From: an uncultured virus (IMG/VR IMGVR_UViG_3300031999_000013) | Lineage: Duplodnaviria; Heunggongvirae; Uroviricota; Caudoviricetes | Length of the DNA stretch: 64,000 nt | Direction: 5' to 3' (one strand) | IMG/VR virus record: IMGVR_UViG_3300031999_000013 | Part shown: piece by piece, positions 46,648 to 55,551 of the stretch | How positions within the stretch are numbered: the stretch's first letter is position 1 | Layout: each line of letters opens with the position of its first letter | Program-made: the position numbers and the translations under genes | The notes under the pieces: generated by a model | What the model saw: the letters and a program-made list of their open reading frames with translations, nothing else | Database searches by the model: none | Told to the model about the DNA's origin: nothing

Positions 46648-47129
46648 TTCCGTTTCGCCTCCGGCTTCACCACCGGTTTGAACTCGGTGATGTTGATGTC
46701 GATCGACGGCTCCTCATCGCCCTCTTGGCCGCGCCGGTTGGCAATGATGCCGGTTGCATAGCCGAGCCCGGACGTCGGCACCCACTGCGCGTAGAACAAC
46801 TCCTCGGCCCACTGGATGAAGATGATGTGCGGCACCCCGCTGCGCTCCGAATACCAACGCAGGTGTAACCACTTCCCATAGCTGATCTTCAGTGTTCGAT
46901 ATTTGTGCATCGCCTGCGGCGTGGTTCGCGTAGCGTTGTCTTCCCAGCGACATTTGAACTCAGCCCACGCGCGCAACTTGCCGTCACTACGATGTAGTGA
47001 CCAGTCGATGCCGTTGTAAACACCGGGCTGCAGCTTGAGGATCTTGCAGCTCCACAGCTCGGTGATCTTCGCCTTGGCCGCCGCTTCCATGGCGAGGTCT
47101 TCTTTGGTTTCGTTCCAAGGCCTGCTCAC
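46644..47129 (-). CDS. PD-(D/E)XK-like nuclease
   Basis: E...IDW...WAEFKCR signature. Confidence 0.6.
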   Translation of the reverse strand: MSRPWNETKEDLAMEAAAKAKITELWSCKILKLQPGVYNGIDWSLHRSDGKLRAWAEFKCRWEDNATRTTPQAMHKYRTLKISYGKWLHLRWYSERSGVPHIIFIQWAEELFYAQWVPTSGLGYATGIIANRRGQEGDEEPSIDINITEFKPVVKPEAKRK

Positions 47130-47344
47130 GTCCAACCCTCCATCGATTGGAACGCGCGCCGACGCAGCACCTCGGCGGCAAGTAGCAGATCCGGCGTCTT
47201 GTGCGTTCCGCCAGTCCATGAGTCCCAGTAACCATCAAGACTCACCGTAACAATGAACACCGCCTGCGTGTTCTGGTGCTGGCTGGCCGCGATGATCGCT
47301 TGCTCGGCGCTCCACTTGTCCGTGTCCAACACATGAATAGACAT
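47126..47344 (-). CDS. hypothetical protein
   Basis: Tight packing. Confidence 0.55.
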   Translation of the reverse strand: MSIHVLDTDKWSAEQAIIAASQHQNTQAVFIVTVSLDGYWDSWTGGTHKTPDLLLAAEVLRRRAFQSMEGWT

Positions 47345-47754
47345 CAGCGCCCGCCCCTCTGAAACGCGTACTCCTTCCAGCGGCTCGCCCACCGGTACAC
47401 CCAGCACCAGAATCGCCGCCGCTGCGTAGGCGGCGCATGCATCCAAAGCGGATCGGCCGGATTATAAGAAACGGTCATTGATGCAGCTGGAGGTACGTTG
47501 CTGTAGGTCGTTCCGAAAGGGTAAGCCGCTCGCGCTAGGTAGGTCGATTCGGAGGGCGGCACCGGAGTCGAGCTGCCAAACACCAAATCCTGCCCTTGCT
47601 TAATAAACCGCAGCCGCTCTCGCTCTGCGCGCTCATCAACGAACCGCTGCTCTAACGGAATCATTCCGCTCAGCTGCGCCTTGTATCGCCCAATGATCGC
47701 GCGCTGCGACTCGATTTTTTCTTCGAGCTGCGAGCGCTTAATCTTGCGCGTCAC
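47344..47754 (-). CDS. hypothetical protein
   Basis: AAGGGG SD, GTG start. Confidence 0.55.
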   Translation of the reverse strand: MTRKIKRSQLEEKIESQRAIIGRYKAQLSGMIPLEQRFVDERAERERLRFIKQGQDLVFGSSTPVPPSESTYLARAAYPFGTTYSNVPPAASMTVSYNPADPLWMHAPPTQRRRFWCWVYRWASRWKEYAFQRGGR

Positions 47755-48016
47755 TGACGTTCCCCTTAGCAAGGTTGTCAAGATCGAGGCCGGGTCTCTG
47801 CAGCCCCCACTTCGCGAAGTACCGGTCCGAGTCATCGGATAGCCACCACGCATGCCATGCCGCGAAGTGATGCGGGAATGCGAGCGCTAACCGATTTCGA
47901 TTCGTAGAATCAGCCTTCATGATCAGCTCGAACAGCTTCGCGCTGAACGAGTCTGAGTTCGAATGCTGCCAATGGAACAGGTGCTCGACGCATCTCTCAA
48001 CCGAGTCTTCCATCAT
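47738..48016 (-). CDS. hypothetical protein (SF...L....KAD..N..RL..AFP family)
   Basis: AGGAG SD; recurring phage motif. Confidence 0.65.
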   Translation of the reverse strand: MMEDSVERCVEHLFHWQHSNSDSFSAKLFELIMKADSTNRNRLALAFPHHFAAWHAWWLSDDSDRYFAKWGLQRPGLDLDNLAKGNVSDAQD

Positions 48017-48023
48017 CGATCTC

Positions 48024-48491
48024 CTAGAACGGAATGTCGTCGTCGATGTCGTCGAACGATTCCTGCGTAGACTCTTGGGTGTTAATGCGTTGCTCGCGCT
48101 CCTCGCGCGCCTGATTGTTCTCGTCATCAGGCAGGCGGCCGTCGCCGCGCTGCTGCGACCCCTTCGGCGTGAGGAACTCCATCTCGCGCAGGATCAGCAC
48201 GGTCTTGTAGTGCTTCACTCCGGCGTGAGTCTTGTCGTCCCACGACTGCGTTTGCAGAGAACCGCCGACGTACACCTTGCTGCCCTTACGCAGGTACTCG
48301 CCGCACACCTCAGCCTGCCGGCCGAAGGCGGTGATGTTGTGCCACTCCGTGCGCTCCTGCGCTTGCCCCGACTGTTTGTCGGTCCATCGCTCGGTCGTGG
48401 CAACGCTGAAGTTACACACTGCAGCCCCGCTCTGCGTATAACGCGTCTCAGGATCACGCCCGAGATGCCCAATGATCATCGCCTTGTTCAT
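48024..48491 (-). CDS. ssb: single-stranded DNA-binding protein
   Basis: MNKA.IIG.LG.DPE.RY, TEWH, YL.KGS.VY, acidic tail DDDIPF. Confidence 0.97.
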   Translation of the reverse strand: MNKAMIIGHLGRDPETRYTQSGAAVCNFSVATTERWTDKQSGQAQERTEWHNITAFGRQAEVCGEYLRKGSKVYVGGSLQTQSWDDKTHAGVKHYKTVLILREMEFLTPKGSQQRGDGRLPDDENNQAREEREQRINTQESTQESFDDIDDDIPF

Positions 48492-48766
48492 ACAATCTGC
48501 TCCTGAACGTACTCTTTATGGTGCGGTGGTATCGGAACCTCCGCCACGGTGATGCGAACCTTCACGACGTCGGGGATAGGGTCCATCGCAAAAAGCTCTC
48601 CCTGCTCCCCAAACCTGAATCGATTAGCGAATTCCTTTGCGACTTCGCGACACTCGTCACGGGTGGTGCAAACGCTCCAGTCGAGAATCTTCCCGCTTGG
48701 GAGCTTGATCGCCCACCCGTCGTGCCCGAATCTCTGCGCCTTGAACTCACTCAGGAACCGCTTCAT
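48488..48766 (-). CDS. hypothetical protein
   Basis: Fills gap between recT-like and ssb. Confidence 0.55.
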   Translation of the reverse strand: MKRFLSEFKAQRFGHDGWAIKLPSGKILDWSVCTTRDECREVAKEFANRFRFGEQGELFAMDPIPDVVKVRITVAEVPIPPHHKEYVQEQIV

Positions 48767-49739
48767 TCGACTTCGCCGCCTCCGCGGTTGCCTGCTTAAG
48801 AATCGAGCGTCGCGCCGAGTACGCGGTATTGATCTGCGTTTTGTCGGCGTCAGTCCAAGCATGCTTTTTCACGATAGCCTTGGCCGCCAGCAGACTCTTC
48901 ATGTCGACCGCGTCGCGCAGCCTTGCGACCATGTCGTTGAGCGAAAACTCCAACTTCTCCGACGCCTGATGCTCTATCTGCTGGGTAGTCGCCGCCCCCT
49001 TGGGCGTCATGTCTGGCGCTTGCTGCGGCGTGACCACGGGCATCGTTACCTTGTAGTCCTCCTCGCTCAGCACAATGTCCTGCTGCTCCTCGGCGGAGGA
49101 CAGACCCCGTAGCGCATCGGCATACACATCACGCAGGCACCAACCGCGGGCTCTGAACGTCAGCATCCGTTGCCAGTACTTGTTCCAAACCGCCTCGGGT
49201 TTCTTGTTGGGGTATAGCCCGGCCTGCATAGCCATCTTCATCGTGAAGCGCTGCCGCACTGGCTCGGCTTCCCCAACTCGCAGCGTCTCGCACTCTGCCC
49301 ACGCATCCGCAATGTCGCAGTCGAAGTCGTTCGTCTCCTTGATGTACTTGCACAACTTACTGTTGCGAACCACCGCGGACATCCCGTCCCCGTAGATCGA
49401 TGGCTTTCCATTGATCGAGGCGATCGTCTGCAGTGCCTGCGGTGCGGACAACCCAAGCGAGTCGCCCATCTCAATGATGTAAAAGATGTCCGCCTCGGTG
49501 AGGTCCGGGTTCACCATGGTCGACGCCTTGAAGGTCTTCGAGAGCTTGACGAAGTAGTCGTACCGCTTGGAGCGATACTCTAGCTCGGCCATGTCGGTCG
49601 CCGGGGTCTTCGGTGGTTGCTTCTGCTGACGAGACATGTCTTCCAGTTCGCGCAGCGCTTTACGCAGCAGCGCTTTCTTGTCCGGGTCTGTCTCTTCGTC
49701 CCGCGCCTTGATCAGGTCACTCTGTAGTGTCGATTGCAT
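48747..49739 (-). CDS. RecT/Redbeta-like single-strand annealing protein
   Basis: G..LGL...QALQ.IA.INGKP.IYGD, W.KY..RML..RA.....RD...DAL.GL...EE; next to yqaJ. Confidence 0.85.
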   Translation of the reverse strand: MQSTLQSDLIKARDEETDPDKKALLRKALRELEDMSRQQKQPPKTPATDMAELEYRSKRYDYFVKLSKTFKASTMVNPDLTEADIFYIIEMGDSLGLSAPQALQTIASINGKPSIYGDGMSAVVRNSKLCKYIKETNDFDCDIADAWAECETLRVGEAEPVRQRFTMKMAMQAGLYPNKKPEAVWNKYWQRMLTFRARGWCLRDVYADALRGLSSAEEQQDIVLSEEDYKVTMPVVTPQQAPDMTPKGAATTQQIEHQASEKLEFSLNDMVARLRDAVDMKSLLAAKAIVKKHAWTDADKTQINTAYSARRSILKQATAEAAKSNEAVPE

Positions 49740-50688
49740 TCACATTCTCCAATGTTTTCGTTGGTGCTTCTTCCGAAGCAAGTGCTTCCAGCGCCGCTAC
49801 CGGCACCTTCTCCTTATGATCCATCCGCATGTATGACGACGCGGACACATCAAAACCCTTTCGTGAAATGAGCTTCCGCTCATAGCACGTGTTGTCTGGC
49901 AAGACGCCGATGGCTGCCGAGCCCATCAGCATCGCAATTCGATTGGCGCAACCCGCCTCCACCTTCTCGTACATGAGGCGCTGCTTTCGAGCGTCCTCCT
50001 GAACATCTGCCCATTTCATTGCGATCTCGGGCAACCGCACAACGGATCCGTTGGTGCCGGGGTACAGCTTCTCGATCAAGGCGACCGTGTCGCGATGCTC
50101 GAACTGTGCCTCGGGTGGCTCGCCGGCCTGAACTCGATCCCAGAATTCTTCTTCCGCCTCGATCAGTTGCTCGATCATTTTGTCGTGGCGGAAGATCTCG
50201 TATTGCCGGTAGTCGCTACCGCCAACCAGAACCGCGGTGTCGATCACGTCAAGGTCGAGCACGTAGATGTAGTGCTGCAGCTGGCAGAACACCGTTGCCG
50301 GCACCTCGCTCGAACCGTCTTCTCCCCAGCCATCGACGGCGAAAATGCTGGTGGTCTTGACCTCCAGCGCTCGCCGCTCTTTCGTGCCGACAACGCGTCG
50401 GTCGATGTGGGCAAGCATGTGCGGGTGGGCCTTCGATCGATGCGTTGTGTTATCCACGCGGATCTTGCGACCGGTGCGCTCCGCATACTTTGCGGCCACT
50501 GCGGGTTCGAGGATGTTTCCCCATTCGACGAATCGATTGTCGACCATGTCGTCCGGAGGAATGTCGCCACGCTTCTCGTGATAGAGCGTGAGCGCAGTCT
50601 TGAAAGGGTTGACCCCAAGAATCACCGGAGCATCTGATCCGCCAATTCCAGAGCGTCGCTCAGCCAGCTGAGTATCCGTAAGTGCCAT
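49717..50688 (-). CDS. YqaJ-like viral recombinase exonuclease
   Basis: R..GIGGSD...ILG.NP, G..LE, A.IDR, LEVKT, Q.QHY. Confidence 0.93.
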   Translation of the reverse strand: MALTDTQLAERRSGIGGSDAPVILGVNPFKTALTLYHEKRGDIPPDDMVDNRFVEWGNILEPAVAAKYAERTGRKIRVDNTTHRSKAHPHMLAHIDRRVVGTKERRALEVKTTSIFAVDGWGEDGSSEVPATVFCQLQHYIYVLDLDVIDTAVLVGGSDYRQYEIFRHDKMIEQLIEAEEEFWDRVQAGEPPEAQFEHRDTVALIEKLYPGTNGSVVRLPEIAMKWADVQEDARKQRLMYEKVEAGCANRIAMLMGSAAIGVLPDNTCYERKLISRKGFDVSASSYMRMDHKEKVPVAALEALASEEAPTKTLENVNAIDTTE

Positions 50689-50741
50689 GTCTACCTCGTT
50701 TACCAACGATTGTGTGAGTCGGGGCTCGGTTGCCCTGATCC

Positions 50742-50770
50742 TTTGTAAATCGACTTGTGGAGTAAGTCAA
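50742..50770 (-). promoter_or_regulatory. leftward promoter overlapped by palindromic operator candidate
   Basis: TTGACT-N17-TACAAA; GACTT-N7-AAGTC at 50752-50768. Confidence 0.5.
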
Positions 50771-51123
50771 CACTTTTTGGTAACGTCCCCGCCGAGCCAA
50801 TAGGTCGAGGTACTCCATTGCCGCCGCAAACTTTCGCCTTCCCCGTCATCCATTCGCCGAAGCGCGTTGACGCCGCACCTCTTCATGAGAACCCGGTGCG
50901 CCGGTTCCGTGAGGACCTGCGATTGAATCGCGCGCAGTTCAGCCGCTTGATCGGGATCCAAGTCGACACGATCCGCTCGTGGGAAATGACTGGCTCGCGC
51001 AACGTTCTTCCGCGGCGGGCGTCGATGACGCTGCTGCTGAAGCTGGCGCGGCGTAACAAGTACCCGCTCAACTACGGCATGCTGTACGAGTATTCTTCCA
51101 AACAAGCACAGAGGGTTTATTGA
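50755..51123 (+). CDS. XRE/Cro-like HTH regulator (true start probably downstream)
   Basis: RRFRE.L.LNRAQFS.LIGI...TI.SWE.....P. Confidence 0.75.
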   Translation: MWSKSTLFGNVPAEPIGRGTPLPPQTFAFPVIHSPKRVDAAPLHENPVRRFREDLRLNRAQFSRLIGIQVDTIRSWEMTGSRNVLPRRASMTLLLKLARRNKYPLNYGMLYEYSSKQAQRVY

Positions 51124-51350
51124 TGGAGAACCAACACCGATTGATCACCGGATATCGAGAACTGTCGGCCGGCGAGATAGCTCAAATGAACCGAGCCAAG
51201 GACATCGAGCAGAACCTCGTCGGGTGGATCAATGAGTTGGCCGCCGAGAAGGTAGCGGATCCTCGCTGGCTCGCCATAGCCAAGACCGATCTGCAAAAAG
51301 GGTTCATGGCGCTTGGGCGCGCAATCGCTCGACCGAGCGGCTACGAATGA
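51123..51350 (+). CDS. acb2: Acb2-family anti-CBASS cyclic-nucleotide sponge
   Basis: MENQH..I.GYRELS..EI..MN..K ... DPRWLAIAKTDLQ.GFMA..RAIA.P matches the Acb2 pattern as I recall it. Confidence 0.88.
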   Translation: MENQHRLITGYRELSAGEIAQMNRAKDIEQNLVGWINELAAEKVADPRWLAIAKTDLQKGFMALGRAIARPSGYE

Positions 51351-51622
51351 AGCCATACACGAAGCGCCCGATCACGATCTACGCGCACCGGCTCGCGTAC
51401 GAGGACTTCACGGACGATCACCCGAACCCGAACCTCATCAAGGGCGTCACGTACTACCCGAAGCAGATGGAAGCGGCGATCCCCACCTTGGAAGGGACGA
51501 TGTTCGCAAGGGTTGGTGACTGGATCGTGAAAGGAATCCACGGGGAACTTTACCCGGTGAAGCACGAAATCTTCATGGACTCCTACGATCCCGCCGTCCC
51601 GGTCGACCCTGAATTCGATTAG
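51347..51622 (+). CDS. conserved phage protein (Y.K.P..I.A...IPTLEG.M.A..GDWI.KG..GE.YP.K..IF...Y)
   Basis: Widespread family motif; ATGA-coupled to acb2. Confidence 0.85.
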   Translation: MKPYTKRPITIYAHRLAYEDFTDDHPNPNLIKGVTYYPKQMEAAIPTLEGTMFARVGDWIVKGIHGELYPVKHEIFMDSYDPAVPVDPEFD

Positions 51623-51630
51623 TAGCAGGC

Positions 51631-51659
51631 AAAAAAAGAGGAGTCCGAAGACTCCTCTT
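51631..51659 (-). terminator. intrinsic terminator with U-tract on the minus strand (may be bidirectional)
   Basis: Minus strand AAGAGGAGTC-TTCG-GACTCCTC-TTTTTTT. Confidence 0.8.
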
Positions 51660-51730
51660 GCGGAGGGTTGGGCGTTGCGCTTACCCTCCTACGGTCGATT
51701 CGGGGTGGCACCCCCAAAAAGAACCTGCGA
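51631..51730 (-). ncRNA. candidate ~100-nt structured small RNA
   Basis: Three hairpins ending in a UUCG terminator; TATGAT upstream; no credible minus-strand gene nearby. Confidence 0.35.
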
Positions 51731-51983
51731 CGCGCATCATACATCCGCCACCCCGAATGCAGAAGCCCCCTGAGAACAGGTGTGGTGAGGCTCAATCTGA
51801 CCCCTCGACGAAAGCGATATTCCGGGCTCTGGTGTGACCCCTTCCATCCCGGTCATCAATGGGACATCCGTCGCGGGGACCCGAGTACCTCTCCATGAGG
51901 GAAAGGGGTCGAGGTATGAGCGTCGCTGGTAAAATCGTTTCATCCCTGTATGATGATATCGTTCACACAAAGGGGGAAAGCTC

Positions 51984-53537
51984 TTGGATCTGCGTACGTA
52001 TCAGACCGACGTCATTCACGAGGCGCGGCTTGCGATCGGACGTTACGGTGCTCGCGCCGTCCTGATCCAAGCGCCGACCGGATCTGGAAAGACGGTCGTG
52101 GCTGCGCAGATCATTGCGCAGGCCGAGACGAAAGAGAGCGACGTGCTGTTCCTCGCGCATCGTCGCGAGTTGGTTTACCAGTGCGAGAACAAGCTCAAGG
52201 AGTTCGGGGTTCGCCCCGGACTGATCATGTCGGGGGAGTTTCCGGATTCGTGGAGCCGCGTTCAGGTCGCATCAATTGATACGCTGCGCGTGCGAGCGAT
52301 GGAGCGCGGCGTCATAAAGATGCCGAAAGCCAAACTCGTGTTCATTGACGAGTGCCATCGCGCGTTGTCGGCAACCTACCTGAAGTTGATTGCGCACTAC
52401 AGAGAGCAGGGCGCGATCATCATCGGTCTCACCGCCACGCCCATCCGCACTGACGGCCGAGGTATGGGGCAGGTATTCGACAAGATGGTGAAGTGCCCAT
52501 CGGTCGCCGAGCTGATCGCGATGGGTTATCTCGTGCAGCCAAAGTACTTTGCACCGAGCGCACCGGATCTGATCGGCGTCAAGACGACAGCGGGCGACTA
52601 CAACCAAGCCGATCTTGAGAAGGCGATGGACAAGAACGAGCTGGTTGGCGACATCGTCACCAACTGGCTGCGTCTCGCGCAAGGCAGGCCGACCATAGTC
52701 TTCGCTTCTGGTGTTCAGCATTCGATTCATCTGCGCGATGAGTTCCTGCGTGTTGGTGTGCGCGCTGAACACGTGGATGCGAATACGCTTCCGGAGATCC
52801 GGCAGGGCGTAACGCAGCGGTTGCACTCGGGGCAGACGCAGGTGGTCTGCAACTGCATGGTGTTCACGGAAGGATACGATGAGCCCTCGCTCAGCTGCGC
52901 AGTCTTGGCTCGGCCGACCAAGAATCTTGGGCTCTACCTGCAAATGGCTGGACGGGTGCTGCGCCCGTTTGAAGGTAAGTCGGACACCCTGATCATTGAT
53001 CACGGCGGCCTTGTCTATCGTCATGGGTTTGTCGAAGACCCAATCGACTGGACTCTGGATGAGGGCAAGCTGTTCGCTGATCGAGAGCACTCCATGCAGG
53101 AGCGCGGGGAGCAGACGCCGATCACCTGCGTGAAGTGTTCGCACGTGTACTCGGGTCAGGCGCGCTGCCCCAGATGCGGTCACACCCCCGAGCGCAAAGG
53201 GCGTTGGGTGGAGACGCGCAACGCTGATCTCGTGCAGCTGCGTGCGGGCGATCGAAAGCCGAAGAAGAAGGTTTGGACAGACGAAGAGAAAGCGATGTGG
53301 TGGGGCATGCTCACGCATTACGCTGAAAGCCACGGGCACAAACCCGGCTGGATCTATCACAAGTACAAAGCGAAGATCGGTGTTGGTCCCGGCCCCGCGG
53401 TTCGTTACGCGATCCCGAAGCTGCCAACACCGGAGTGCAGGGCGTGGATACGCAGCACGCAAATTCACTACGCCAAGTCGAAAGACAAGGCAGCGAAGGT
53501 TCCCACTGACAAATTCACAGGATTACCAATCTCATGA
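51984..53537 (+). CDS. superfamily II DExH helicase with C-terminal zinc ribbon
   Basis: APTGSGKT, AHR.EL, DECH, GLTATP, TEGYD.P, QM.GR.LR, CVKC...CPRC. Confidence 0.93.
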   Translation: MDLRTYQTDVIHEARLAIGRYGARAVLIQAPTGSGKTVVAAQIIAQAETKESDVLFLAHRRELVYQCENKLKEFGVRPGLIMSGEFPDSWSRVQVASIDTLRVRAMERGVIKMPKAKLVFIDECHRALSATYLKLIAHYREQGAIIIGLTATPIRTDGRGMGQVFDKMVKCPSVAELIAMGYLVQPKYFAPSAPDLIGVKTTAGDYNQADLEKAMDKNELVGDIVTNWLRLAQGRPTIVFASGVQHSIHLRDEFLRVGVRAEHVDANTLPEIRQGVTQRLHSGQTQVVCNCMVFTEGYDEPSLSCAVLARPTKNLGLYLQMAGRVLRPFEGKSDTLIIDHGGLVYRHGFVEDPIDWTLDEGKLFADREHSMQERGEQTPITCVKCSHVYSGQARCPRCGHTPERKGRWVETRNADLVQLRAGDRKPKKKVWTDEEKAMWWGMLTHYAESHGHKPGWIYHKYKAKIGVGPGPAVRYAIPKLPTPECRAWIRSTQIHYAKSKDKAAKVPTDKFTGLPIS

Positions 53538-53824
53538 GCGACAAGCCAGTTCCACGTGAAATTGTGGTTCTCGACTTCGACCCGCCGGCGTTTCCGGAAC
53601 CGACCGACCGCTACTGGGCGGAGGACGGTGAGTCCTTTGCGCTGCGCGGCATGACCCTGCGTCAATATTACGCAGCAAAGGCGATGGCCGCGATGATATC
53701 GACAGCGGCAGCGCCTTGCATGTTGGGTCTGGATGGAGTCGAGCCGCACATAGCCAAAAACGCCTTTAAGATGGCTGACGCAATGATCAAATCGGAAGGA
53801 GAAAGTCTGAGGACGGTTCCATGA
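53534..53824 (+). CDS. conserved phage protein (PAFP ... GMTLR.Y.AAKAM ... A..MADAM)
   Basis: Widespread family motif. Confidence 0.8.
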   Translation: MSDKPVPREIVVLDFDPPAFPEPTDRYWAEDGESFALRGMTLRQYYAAKAMAAMISTAAAPCMLGLDGVEPHIAKNAFKMADAMIKSEGESLRTVP

Positions 53825-53846
53825 TGCGCAAGCAGCGGTGCGATTC

Positions 53847-54074
53847 ATGAGCGGGCAAACGTTGACCGACATGCTTGACGAGATTCGCAATCAGCCTTCG
53901 CACTGGTGTCCGTATTGCCGGCATCCGTATACCGAAGATCAGATCAACGAGGCGTTTTGCTCGGCTGACTACAGCACAAGCTTCGAGTTCCTGTGCTGGA
54001 ATACAGCGTGTCGAATGGACATCGAGGTCAACGTTGACGTTATTCCGCAGTTCTCATTAAGGGGGCCGTTATGA
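53847..54074 (+). CDS. small zinc-ribbon protein
   Basis: CPYC ... CWNTAC. Confidence 0.65.
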   Translation: MSGQTLTDMLDEIRNQPSHWCPYCRHPYTEDQINEAFCSADYSTSFEFLCWNTACRMDIEVNVDVIPQFSLRGPL

Positions 54075-55042
54075 GCGGGCAAACATCTGCCGAGTGGGCA
54101 AGGGGGCGATGGCCCGGCATCCTCATCGAGATGGGCGTGCCAGCGGTGTGCCTGACTGGCAAGCATGGCCCGTGTCCGATCTGCACTGGGTTGGATCGCT
54201 TCCGCTTTGACGACAAGGAGGGGCGCGGCACGTTCTTTTGCAACAACTGCGGCGCTGGTGATGGGTTCGATTTGCTGCAGAGTTTCCTTGGGCTCGACTT
54301 CAAGATGGTGGCAGCCGCTGTCGACAAGTTGCGCGGGCGCGACCTTCCGAAAGAGGTGTTCAAGGCTGAGGCCGACACTGAGCGGCGGCGTGAGTGGCTC
54401 AACAAGTTGTGGGCCGAAGCGACTCATCCGGAGATCTGGAAGACGTACCTGTCTGGTTGGCGCGGGCTGGCAGACGAGACTGTCGCGAAGGTTGGCGCGG
54501 ATGTTCGGGGGCACGCGAGCCTGTTGTGTGAAGGGGTGTTCGCTCCCTGCGTCCTTACAATGGTGCGCGATCTTGCCGGGCGACCGGTAACGCTACATCG
54601 AACGTTCCTGTTTCAAGGTGTGGATAACAAGCCTCGATGGACAAAGATGTTCGCTCCATCCATTGGCACCACGATCATGGGTGCGAGCGCGCACCTCATC
54701 CCCGGAGAGCGCGCGATCGTTGTTGGTGAGGGCATCGAGACCACCCTCGCTGGCTGGGAATGGCTGCAGCGACGAAACATTGGCGACATAGGTGCGCGCG
54801 CCGCGCTGACCGCCAACGGGTTGGCTGGCATGTTCGTCCCGCCGACAGTCGAGCGCATATGGATCTGTGCTGACAGGGATCTTTCGTTCGCCGGTCAGGC
54901 GGCAGCGTATGAGCTTGCCCGTCGCCTGACCGGCGTAGCTGAGCCGCCTATCGTTGCGGTGATGATTCCAAACGCGGACGGCACAGACATGCTCGACGTG
55001 CTGATCGAGGAGAAAACAAAGGAGCGCAGCCAGCTTGGATGA
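54071..55042 (+). CDS. DNA primase (P4-type zinc-binding domain + TOPRIM)
   Basis: HGPCP.C.G.DRFRFDD..G.G...C..CG, HRT.L, GEGIET, ADRD..AGQ.AA. Confidence 0.9.
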   Translation: MSGQTSAEWARGRWPGILIEMGVPAVCLTGKHGPCPICTGLDRFRFDDKEGRGTFFCNNCGAGDGFDLLQSFLGLDFKMVAAAVDKLRGRDLPKEVFKAEADTERRREWLNKLWAEATHPEIWKTYLSGWRGLADETVAKVGADVRGHASLLCEGVFAPCVLTMVRDLAGRPVTLHRTFLFQGVDNKPRWTKMFAPSIGTTIMGASAHLIPGERAIVVGEGIETTLAGWEWLQRRNIGDIGARAALTANGLAGMFVPPTVERIWICADRDLSFAGQAAAYELARRLTGVAEPPIVAVMIPNADGTDMLDVLIEEKTKERSQLG

Positions 55043-55220
55043 AGACAACGATCGGGACTACTTCAAAGCCAAGCAGGTGGGTGCGACACCCAAGGCCATT
55101 CAGGTTGCGCTCGACGCGAATGGCAAGCGCTTCTGGATCCCAAGGTCGGTATGCGAGTGGCACCGCGACGGCATCCTGATGGTAGAGCGATGGTTTTCGA
55201 AAAAGGAAGGCATGATCTGA
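55035..55220 (+). CDS. hypothetical protein (T.KA......WIP.S....W family)
   Basis: AAGGAG SD; recurring motif. Confidence 0.65.
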   Translation: MDEDNDRDYFKAKQVGATPKAIQVALDANGKRFWIPRSVCEWHRDGILMVERWFSKKEGMI

Positions 55221-55317
55221 ATTTGCGGGTCGCTCCCGCATCATCCGGCGATTTGCGGTAGGAGCCGTCCATGCGAGATCGGGGCAACCGCACCAACACA
55301 CACACGGAGGGGCTGCA

Positions 55318-55551
55318 ATGGAAAAGGGTCGTGAGGTCGAGATTTATCTCGAAGATATGGTGCTTCAATTTGAGGGTGTCACGAGCGTTTGCGAAAGCCG
55401 AGAAACTGGTCGCTTGTCTGTCTGGGGAAAAAACCCAGAACCGAAACCGACACGAGGTTTTTTCAAGAAGATGGATTATCAATCAGAGATCGAGCGGGCC
55501 GCGTTCGCCAGCAAAAAATGGGTTGGGTGGGCGTGGGTGGAGGCGCTATGA
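55318..55551 (+). CDS. hypothetical protein
   Basis: GGAGG SD with ACACAC leader. Confidence 0.65.
   Translation: MEKGREVEIYLEDMVLQFEGVTSVCESRETGRLSVWGKNPEPKPTRGFFKKMDYQSEIERAAFASKKWVGWAWVEAL

Noticed and set aside
55221..55295. Hairpin-rich gap ending in ...ACCGCACCA as a tRNA
   Set aside because: No GTTC T-loop or cloverleaf; only two simple hairpins (TGCGGG/CCCGCA, TGCGGT/ACCGCA)
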